This document shows positions 1-6,475 of a stretch of 64,000 nt of DNA, in pieces (within the stretch, counting starts at the first letter, position 1; each line of letters opens with the position of its first letter). Both the position numbers and the translations under genes were made by a program. The notes below the pieces were generated by a model. That model worked only from the letters and a program-made list of their open reading frames with translations. It ran no database searches and had not been told where the DNA came from. Origin of the DNA: Eubacteriales bacterium. GTDB taxonomy: Bacteria > Bacillota > Clostridia > Oscillospirales > CAG-272. The stretch covers positions 23,754-87,753 of the forward strand of contig JAZNCE010000003.1 of assembly GCA_045587385.1 (NCBI GenBank), in the 5' to 3' direction.

Positions 1-1398
1 GCCATCGCTAACGGCTTTTGCATAGCCTCCTTGGTGCTGCTTTTGAAGGCACCCGCCGAGGGCTTTTGGGGGACTGCTATGCTGACCGCCCTGTTCGTGC
101 TTGCCATCGTGCTTGCATCCGTCCTTTTGCGCCTTGCTTTGACGCGCGACCCGAAAGGCTCGGTCAAGCAATGGTTTATCCCGTGCGGTGCAAGTGCCGT
201 CGGCTTGGTGATGGCTATCCTGCTTGGTACGGGCTGGTTCGGCTACGCGACCTATCTGCCCGATCCCATGGACGTGCAATCGGTGACCGTTACCTATAAC
301 CAAAACGTCACGCTGCTCTCCCACTTGGGGCAAAGTGGCTTTTCCATGGCACATGCCCCGGGTTACAAGGGCATTCCCATGTCCGGTACGAACGCAGGGA
401 CCGATACCTATTATCATTTCCTGTATACCCACGGATTTGAAATTAACGAGGATGTTCTTCCCGTCATGACGCATTCCGAGGATATTGCGACTGTGCTTGC
501 CATTCACGAGGCAGTAATCACCGACGGCAGGCAGACCTTTACGGGACAGCCTGCGGATGCGCACGCGCAAACGGTGGTCCCCGTGCTGTTCAGGGTGACC
601 TATACTCTGAAAAACGGAAAAACGGTGGAGCGTTATTATGAATATCTGACGCTTGAAACGCTTGAACAGACGGTGCAGGCAGAGAATACGCACGCAATAC
701 GCGAGGAGATCGCAAATTCCCATGCGGAAAGAGGCTTTGCGGATATAGATACCATTGAGCTCGGAGATCCCTTGTTTGCAAGCTTTACTGCCGTTGATCT
801 TTCGGATCGTGACCGCCAAGCGTTGATCATCGCGCTGGATACGGATAAGGCTGCGCAGATCTCGGATGCTCGCTACTTCTCGGACGAGCCAAACGACGAG
901 GTCATCGGTATCGTCCGTATGTGCAGATCCACGTATGCGTCTGCTATGATGGATAGCAAGCACCCATCGGACAAGGGATACGAGACCTACTACGTGACGG
1001 CTTCGTGGGAAAACACTATGTCGTTTTTGCGCGAAAGGGAATTGGACGCTTGCTTTGAAAGCGAATATACCGTGACCGACGTGCGCTATCAGCGTTATAC
1101 CCCACGTTGCTTTTTGTTGGACAACTACGGTCGGGCGGTGTCCTTCGTATTTTTCTCTTGCGAAAATACCGTGCAGATCAGGCTTTTGGACAGCTTTGAC
1201 GGAATGGATATCAAGGGCAGTGTTGTCAGTGCCACCGATCCCGTACCTGCCGATATGTGGGATGCCTATCTGGATGCCTCCCGCCCCGTGGCACTCATGA
1301 CCCGCCCCGGTGTACTGGTGCAGATCATTCTCACCAATCAAAAGGGAGAGGAAAAGCTGGTGACAAGATACCTCTACGACCAAGACTTGCCCGAGTAA
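1..1398 (+). CDS. membrane protein, C-terminal part (5' end lies outside the window)
   Basis: Frame 1 is open from base 1, with no stop before the ORF-track Met at 31. Two hydrophobic helices (LTALFVLAIVLASVLL, AVGLVMAILLGTGWF) precede a ~380 aa soluble domain. A hairpin terminator follows. No family recognised. Confidence 0.6.
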   Translation, partial: AIANGFCIASLVLLLKAPAEGFWGTAMLTALFVLAIVLASVLLRLALTRDPKGSVKQWFIPCGASAVGLVMAILLGTGWFGYATYLPDPMDVQSVTVTYNQNVTLLSHLGQSGFSMAHAPGYKGIPMSGTNAGTDTYYHFLYTHGFEINEDVLPVMTHSEDIATVLAIHEAVITDGRQTFTGQPADAHAQTVVPVLFRVTYTLKNGKTVERYYEYLTLETLEQTVQAENTHAIREEIANSHAERGFADIDTIELGDPLFASFTAVDLSDRDRQALIIALDTDKAAQISDARYFSDEPNDEVIGIVRMCRSTYASAMMDSKHPSDKGYETYYVTASWENTMSFLRERELDACFESEYTVTDVRYQRYTPRCFLLDNYGRAVSFVFFSCENTVQIRLLDSFDGMDIKGSVVSATDPVPADMWDAYLDASRPVALMTRPGVLVQIILTNQKGEEKLVTRYLYDQDLPE

Positions 1399-1418
1399 AT
1401 GCTTGGCTATAATCAAAA

Positions 1419-1448
1419 AGCCCCCGAATGCCCGAATTCGGGGGCTTT
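1419..1448 (+). terminator. hairpin terminator after the partial membrane-protein gene
   Basis: AGCCCCCGAAT / ATTCGGGGGCT forms an 11-bp stem with loop GCCCGA, followed by only a short T run (TTTAAAATT). Confidence 0.55.
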
Positions 1449-1476
1449 AAAATTGTGAAAAATTTGCCGAAAAGTA

Positions 1477-1505
1477 TTGACAACTGATTTTTATGGTGTT
1501 ATAAT
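1477..1505 (+). promoter_or_regulatory. sigma-A type promoter for T-box leader 1
   Basis: TTGACA (1477-1482), 17-nt spacer, TATAAT (1500-1505) with an upstream TG (TGT-TATAAT). Confidence 0.6.
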
Positions 1506-1536
1506 AGGTTCAAATTTGAATATCACAAATAACGAC

Positions 1537-1806
1537 TGTGATGAAGAGGGTCGGGAAGAGCGTTTACAGAGAGTTGTCGGGCGGTGCGAGACAATGGCGG
1601 GGCTTTCCGTATGACCTATCGCTTCTGAGTCGGAGGACCGAAAGGCTTGCGCCGTGTGCGTTTGCCCGGTAGACTCCTTCCGTATTTGCTGCGTAAAGGC
1701 AAAGGGCTTGACAGAGTCCGGTAAGTGACGGCTATGCCGTAATTTGAGTGGTACCGCGGGTAATGAACTCGTCTCAAAGGGTTTCTTTTGAGGCGGTTTT
1801 TTGTTT
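1537..1806 (+). promoter_or_regulatory. T-box leader (tRNA-sensing riboswitch), specifier most likely AUC (Ile)
   Basis: K-turn/GA motif: GAC-UGU-GA-U-GAAG paired with CUUC-U-GA-GUC. AGAGAG bulge plus distal loop GGGCGGUGCGAG. T-box sequence AATTTGAGTGGTACCGCGGG at 1741-1760. Terminator hairpin CGTCTCAAAGG/TTTTGAGGCG followed by TTTTTTG (1769-1803). The triplet directly 5' of the CUUC helix is AUC followed by G (1618-1621). Confidence 0.85.
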
Positions 1807-1849
1807 TATTCGGATTTGTAATCATTTCGGAGCAAAAGGAGACAAGAGA

Positions 1850-4150
1850 ATGGATTACAGCTTAAAAGAGGTTGCAGGGAGAATCAAGGACCTGCGAGAG
1901 GCGAAAGGGTACAGTCCTGCAGAGCTTGCAAAGCTGACGGGCGTATCGGTCGAGGACTATCTGCTGCTTGAGCAGGGCGAGACCGATTTCAGCTTTACGT
2001 TTATTTATAAGTGCGCCAAGGCGTGCGACGTCGAAGTGGTTGACCTTTTGGAGGGTCGCAGCACCACGCTGACCTCTTTTGCCATTACCAGAAGGGGAGA
2101 GGGACTTAAAATCCTCAAGCAGCACGGCGTAGAATACAACAACCTTGCCCCCAAGTTCAAGGATAAGCTCGCAGAGCCGTTCTTGGTCAAATTCCCGTAC
2201 ATCCCCGAGGAACAGAACGCGCCCATGAAGCTCAACTCGCACAACGGTCAGGAATTTGACGTCATCGTCAAGGGTTCCTTAAAGGTGCAGGTTGGCAATC
2301 ACGTGGATATTCTGCATGAGGGCGATTCCATTTTCTATAACAGCTTGATCCCCCACGGCATGATTGCCGTCAGCGAGGGCGGCTGTGAGTTCCACGCTGT
2401 CGTACTCAATCCGCAGGACGGACTTGTCAGCGAGGAATACCCCGAGGTGCCCTTCACGGCACCCAAGGCGGTGGAGGTCGAAAGCACAGCTGCCACCGTT
2501 GCGGACAACTTCATTGAGTCCTATTACGATGAGAACGGCGTGTTCAACGGCATCAAGTTCAAGAATGAGGACAAATTCAACTTTGCATTTGACTGCGTGG
2601 ACGCGATTGCCAAGAATACCCCCGATAAGCTGGCTATGATGTGGGTGGCAAACGATAAGACCGACCGCAGATTTACGTTTGCCGATATGAAGAAGTATTC
2701 GGCAAAGACCGCCAACTATTTTGAATCTTTGGGCATCAAGAAGGGCGACACCGTCATGCTGGTGCTCAAGCGTCATTATCAGTTCTGGTTCTGCATGCTG
2801 GCATTGCACAAGATCGGTGCAATCGCCATCCCCGCGACCAATCAGCTTGTCGAGCACGATTTTTCCTACAGATATAAGGCTGCAGGCGTCAAAGCAATCG
2901 TGTGCACTGCAGACGGTGAGGTTGCAAACGAGGCAGAGAAGGCAGCGGCACAATTCCCCGGCATGCGCAAGATCCTTGTCGGCGGCAAAAAGGAAGGCTG
3001 GCACGATTATAACGTAGAAATGGAGCGTTTCAGCACGCACTATTTCCGCACCGAAAATACCCCCTGCGGCAACGATCCCATGCTTATGCTGTTCACCTCG
3101 GGCACAACGGGCTATCCCCGTATTGCAACCCACTCGTATAAGTACGCGCTGGGACATTATCCCACCGCAAAGCATTGGCATAACGTCAAGCCCGGCGGCT
3201 TGCACTTCACCATTTCCGATACCGGTTGGGGTAAGGCTCTCTGGGGCAAGCTGTACGGTCAGTGGCTGTGCGAGGCGGCAACCTTTACCTACGACTTTGA
3301 CAGATTCCACTCCGAGGATATTCTGCCCATGTTCGCAAAGTACGGCATCACCACCTTCTGCGCACCTCCTACCATGTACAGATTCTTTATCAAGGAAGAC
3401 CTTTCCAAATACGACCTTTCCTCCATTCAGTATGCCACTACGGCAGGTGAAGCACTCAATCCCGAGGTCTTTAACCGCTTTAAGGAGGCAACGGGACTGA
3501 CCATCATGGAAGGCTTTGGTCAGACCGAAACCACGCTGTCCATTGCCAACTTCGTAGGCTCTACGCCCAAGATCGGTTCTATGGGCAGACCCAGCCCGCT
3601 TTACGACGTGGCGATCTTAGATCCCGACGGCAATCCCTGCCCGATGGGTGACACGGGTGAGATCTGCATCCGCGTGAAGGATGACGCCCCCTGCGGTCTG
3701 TTTATCGGCTACTATCTGGACGAGGAAAAGACGCACGAGGTCTGGCACGACGGCTATTATCACACAGGCGACCAGGCAAGCATGGACGAGGACGGCTACC
3801 TTTGGTACGTTGGCCGTATCGACGACGTTATCAAGTCCTCGGGCTACCGCATCGGCCCGTTCGAGATCGAGAGCGTGATCATGGAGCTGCCCTACGTACT
3901 GGAATGTGCCGTGACGCCCGTACCCGACGAGGTGCGCGGACAGATCGTCAAGGCGACTATCGTGCTTGTCACGGGCACGGACAAGACCGACGCGCTCAAA
4001 AAGGAGATTCAGGAATACGTCAAGACGCACACTGCGCCTTATAAGTACCCCAGAATCGTGGAGTTCGTGGACGAGCTGCCCAAAACCATCAGCGGCAAGG
4101 TCAGACGCGTGGAAATCCGCAAAAACGACCTGCAGAAGCTGCAGAAATGA
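1850..4150 (+). CDS. XRE-HTH / cupin / AMP-forming medium-chain acyl-CoA synthetase fusion protein
   Basis: Start chosen at MDYSLKE, preceded by AAAGGAGA 8 nt upstream. The ORF-track start at 1748 lies inside the T-box terminator region. N-terminus is an XRE-type HTH (GYSPAELAKLTGVSVEDYLLLEQGE). A cupin follows (GQEFDVIVKGSLKVQVG...HEGDSIFYNSLIPHG). The C-terminal ~530 aa is an adenylate-forming enzyme (FTSGTTGYPR, YYHTGD, SSGYRIGPFEIES, GKVRR), resembling the ACSM/MACS class. Confidence 0.85.
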   Translation: MDYSLKEVAGRIKDLREAKGYSPAELAKLTGVSVEDYLLLEQGETDFSFTFIYKCAKACDVEVVDLLEGRSTTLTSFAITRRGEGLKILKQHGVEYNNLAPKFKDKLAEPFLVKFPYIPEEQNAPMKLNSHNGQEFDVIVKGSLKVQVGNHVDILHEGDSIFYNSLIPHGMIAVSEGGCEFHAVVLNPQDGLVSEEYPEVPFTAPKAVEVESTAATVADNFIESYYDENGVFNGIKFKNEDKFNFAFDCVDAIAKNTPDKLAMMWVANDKTDRRFTFADMKKYSAKTANYFESLGIKKGDTVMLVLKRHYQFWFCMLALHKIGAIAIPATNQLVEHDFSYRYKAAGVKAIVCTADGEVANEAEKAAAQFPGMRKILVGGKKEGWHDYNVEMERFSTHYFRTENTPCGNDPMLMLFTSGTTGYPRIATHSYKYALGHYPTAKHWHNVKPGGLHFTISDTGWGKALWGKLYGQWLCEAATFTYDFDRFHSEDILPMFAKYGITTFCAPPTMYRFFIKEDLSKYDLSSIQYATTAGEALNPEVFNRFKEATGLTIMEGFGQTETTLSIANFVGSTPKIGSMGRPSPLYDVAILDPDGNPCPMGDTGEICIRVKDDAPCGLFIGYYLDEEKTHEVWHDGYYHTGDQASMDEDGYLWYVGRIDDVIKSSGYRIGPFEIESVIMELPYVLECAVTPVPDEVRGQIVKATIVLVTGTDKTDALKKEIQEYVKTHTAPYKYPRIVEFVDELPKTISGKVRRVEIRKNDLQKLQK

Positions 4151-4156
4151 GAATTA

Positions 4157-4186
4157 AGAGGCTAAGCCAAATGGCTTAGCCTCTTT
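4157..4186 (+). terminator. rho-independent terminator
   Basis: AGAGGCTAAGCC-AAAT-GGCTTAGCCTCT is a perfect 12-bp stem, followed by TTTG. Confidence 0.7.
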
Positions 4187-4218
4187 GCAATTGTGAAGAT
4201 GTGAAAGAGCGTCCGCGT

Positions 4219-4246
4219 GATGAACCTCATCCACCGCAACCGCGTC
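4219..4246. repeat. outer inverted repeat, left copy (28 bp, perfect partner at 4473-4500)
   Basis: GATGAACCTCATCCACCGCAACCGCGTC is the exact reverse complement of 4473-4500. A further 14-bp arm (4201-4214 vs 4505-4518) matches with 1 mismatch. Confidence 0.9.
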
Positions 4247-4277
4247 GATGATTCTCAGCTCAACGCCTCGAATCCTC

Positions 4278-4314
4278 TCCGCTGCGGTCCCCCTTCCCCA
4301 GCGGGGCAAGGCTT
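4278..4314. repeat. inner inverted repeat, left copy (37 bp, perfect partner at 4408-4444)
   Basis: TCCGCTGCGGTCCCCCTTCCCCAGCGGGGCAAGGCTT is the exact reverse complement of 4408-4444. The ~30-bp segments between outer and inner repeats (4247-4277 vs 4445-4472) are not complementary. Confidence 0.9.
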
Positions 4315-4407
4315 TCTTCGCGCATCCTCGTCGTTTGCTTATCCGTTTGGGGGAAGTGAATTTTCAAATCCGTCTTGTTATTACTTATCGGCAAGGGTAA
4401 CCGCAAC

Positions 4408-4444
4408 AAGCCTTGCCCCGCTGGGGAAGGGGGACCGCAGCGGA
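4408..4444. repeat. inner inverted repeat, right copy
   Basis: Exact reverse complement of 4278-4314. Confidence 0.9.
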
Positions 4445-4472
4445 AGCAGAAACGAGCAGCGCGAGTTTCAAT

Positions 4473-4500
4473 GACGCGGTTGCGGTGGATGAGGTTCATC
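4473..4500. repeat. outer inverted repeat, right copy
   Basis: Exact reverse complement of 4219-4246. Confidence 0.9.
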
Positions 4501-4665
4501 GTAGGGACGCTCCTTCACCAAAAACGGACATTCCCTTGCAAAACTACTAAAATACATAGACCAAATAGTACAAAAAGGGCTATAGTCAACTATAGAGTCA
4601 AGAGTTTTTTCCAAAGTTTGTTATGATTTTTGTTTTTATATTCCACGCATTTTCTTAAAACTGCA

Positions 4666-4694
4666 TAGACAATTCTCGCAAAACATGCTATAAT
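4666..4694 (+). promoter_or_regulatory. sigma-A type promoter for the GH63-like gene
   Basis: TAGACA, 17-nt spacer, TATAAT, with the -10 preceded by TGC. Confidence 0.5.
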
Positions 4695-4722
4695 GAAGTA
4701 TCAAAACAAACGGAGGGATCCT

Positions 4723-6228
4723 ATGGGAAAGCATTATCTTGTCAACGATTCGCTGTTTTACGCGGGCAACGAGTACGTCGCCAAAAATCCGTATCTGCAA
4801 ATGGAGGCGGAGGACGCGCCGCTGCCCACTTATGCCGAGGCGAAGGACAAATTGCCGCGCCCCGTATGGCAAGGGCATGACGCAGCACTTGCGTGCTACG
4901 ACAAGGTGTGGGAAATCGCCTTCCGCAATCTGCGCAAGCCCAACGCTGCGGCGGGCTTTGTGTCCAATTTTATCGATACGGCGTTTAACGGATACCTGTT
5001 TATGTGGGATTCTTCGTTTATTGTAATGTTTGGCAGATACGGCTCGCAGGTATTTAACTTTCAAAAGACCTTGGACAATATGTATTCGCACCAGCACAAG
5101 GACGGCTTTATTTGCCGCGAGATCTGTGAGAGCGAGCCCGGGGAGCAATTCCAGCGCGACGATCCCGCATCCACGGGCCCCAACATTATGCCTTGGTGCG
5201 AGTGGGAGTATTTCCAGCTGACAGGGGACAGGGAGCGTCTTTCCCGCGTGTTCTATCCGCTGCTGGCGTATCATAAGTGGCTGCAGCTCAACCGCACCTG
5301 GCGCGACGGCAGCTATTGGTCCTGCGGTTTGGCGTGCGGCATGGATAACCAGCCACGCGTGGAAAAGCAGTACAGTGATCATTGCTCGCACGGTCACGGC
5401 ATCTGGATCGATGCCTGCATTCAAATGGTCATCAGCGGCAAGGTGCTGATCGAGATGGGCAAGATCCTCGGTCACGAGCAGGATACCGCATGGCTGGTGC
5501 GTGAGGTAGAAATGCTGACCGCGCTGATCAATGATAAGCTTTGGAGCGAGGAGGATGCATTTTACTATGACATGTGGCGTTCGGGTCTTTCGGGCGTCAA
5601 GAGCATCGGTGCATACTGGTCGCTGCTTGCGGATATCGTGCCCGCAGAAAGATTGCCGCGCCTGATCGCGCACCTGGAAAATCCCGCGGAGTTCAAGCGT
5701 CCCCACCGCGTGCCCACGCTGTCTGCCGACCACCCCGAGTACAATGAGAACGGTGCTTATTGGAAGGGCTCTGTATGGGCACCCACCAATTATATGGTGC
5801 TCAAAGGGCTTGAAAGGGTAGGGTATCACGATCTCGCGCACGAGATCGGCTGCAATACCTTGGAAAACGTGGTCAAGGTGTATCTTGAGACCGGCACGGT
5901 TTGGGAGAATTATTCACCCGAGCATGCGCGCCCGGGGCAGCCCGCAAAGTCGGATTTCGTGGGCTGGACGGGTCTTATCCCGATCGCGGTGCTGATCGAG
6001 TACGTGTTCGGCATCAAGGCGGACGCTAAAAATGACGAGATCGTTTGGCGCGTGAACCTGACCGAACAGCACGGCATTGAGCGCTATCCGTTTGGCGGCA
6101 GATCGGTCACGCTGCTGTGCGACGCACGCGAAAGTGTTGACGCAGAGCCGCACATCACACTCACGTGCGACACCCCCGTCAAGGTGCGCGTCATCTGGAA
6201 CGGCGGCGAAAAGGTGATCCAAGCATAA
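4723..6228 (+). CDS. six-hairpin (alpha/alpha)6 glycoside hydrolase, GH63/GH37-like (MGH1-like), cytoplasmic
   Basis: Start at MGKHYL behind GGAGGG. Motifs FMWDSSF, CGMDNQPR and YWKGSVWAPTNYM are typical of GH63/trehalase-like enzymes. No signal peptide. Confidence 0.75.
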   Translation: MGKHYLVNDSLFYAGNEYVAKNPYLQMEAEDAPLPTYAEAKDKLPRPVWQGHDAALACYDKVWEIAFRNLRKPNAAAGFVSNFIDTAFNGYLFMWDSSFIVMFGRYGSQVFNFQKTLDNMYSHQHKDGFICREICESEPGEQFQRDDPASTGPNIMPWCEWEYFQLTGDRERLSRVFYPLLAYHKWLQLNRTWRDGSYWSCGLACGMDNQPRVEKQYSDHCSHGHGIWIDACIQMVISGKVLIEMGKILGHEQDTAWLVREVEMLTALINDKLWSEEDAFYYDMWRSGLSGVKSIGAYWSLLADIVPAERLPRLIAHLENPAEFKRPHRVPTLSADHPEYNENGAYWKGSVWAPTNYMVLKGLERVGYHDLAHEIGCNTLENVVKVYLETGTVWENYSPEHARPGQPAKSDFVGWTGLIPIAVLIEYVFGIKADAKNDEIVWRVNLTEQHGIERYPFGGRSVTLLCDARESVDAEPHITLTCDTPVKVRVIWNGGEKVIQA

Positions 6229-6241
6229 AAACAAAACTACT

Positions 6242-6270
6242 GCGGGAGGGCGTCAGCCCTCCCGCTATTC
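6242..6270 (+). terminator. hairpin after the GH63-like gene
   Basis: GCGGGAGGGC-GTCA-GCCCTCCCGC forms a 10-bp GC-rich stem. The T tract is weak (TATTCATTT). Confidence 0.45.
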
Positions 6271-6302
6271 ATTTACTCCTTATGCAACACCTGCCGCGTC
6301 CA

Positions 6303-6369
6303 CCGTAGGGCGGGGGCTTGCTCCGTAGGGCGGGGGCTTGCTCCGTAGGGCGGGGGCTTGCTCCCGCAG
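6303..6369. repeat. 3 x 20-bp perfect tandem repeat (CCGTAGGGCGGGGGCTTGCT) ending in CCCGCAG
   Basis: Units at 6303-6322, 6323-6342 and 6343-6362 are identical. Single-copy versions CGTAGGGCGGGGGCTTGCTCCCGCAG recur at 45273-45298 and 55577-55602. Confidence 0.95.
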
Positions 6370-6404
6370 CTACCCTACCGATACGCCGAGTTCCTTTGCA
6401 GCCC

Positions 6405-6433
6405 TTGACACCTTTTTTGCAAAATGCTATAAT
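6405..6433 (+). promoter_or_regulatory. sigma-A type promoter for the GH51-like gene
   Basis: TTGACA (6405-6410), 17-nt spacer, TATAAT (6428-6433) preceded by TGC. Confidence 0.6.
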
Positions 6434-6475
6434 AAGGTATCAACTCCCACAGCGCGCATGAAAGGAAGTACCGAT

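Noticed and set aside
4217-4499. Two mirror-image small ORFs (85 aa on plus, 79 aa on minus), both starting MNLIHRNRV and containing CGPPSPAGQG.
   Set aside because: Their similarity is a direct consequence of translating the two arms of the perfect inverted repeats. Neither has an RBS, and the sequences are low-complexity.
6303-6369. A possible CRISPR array.
   Set aside because: The three 20-bp units are directly adjacent with no spacers. No cas genes are present, and the same sequence occurs as single dispersed copies.
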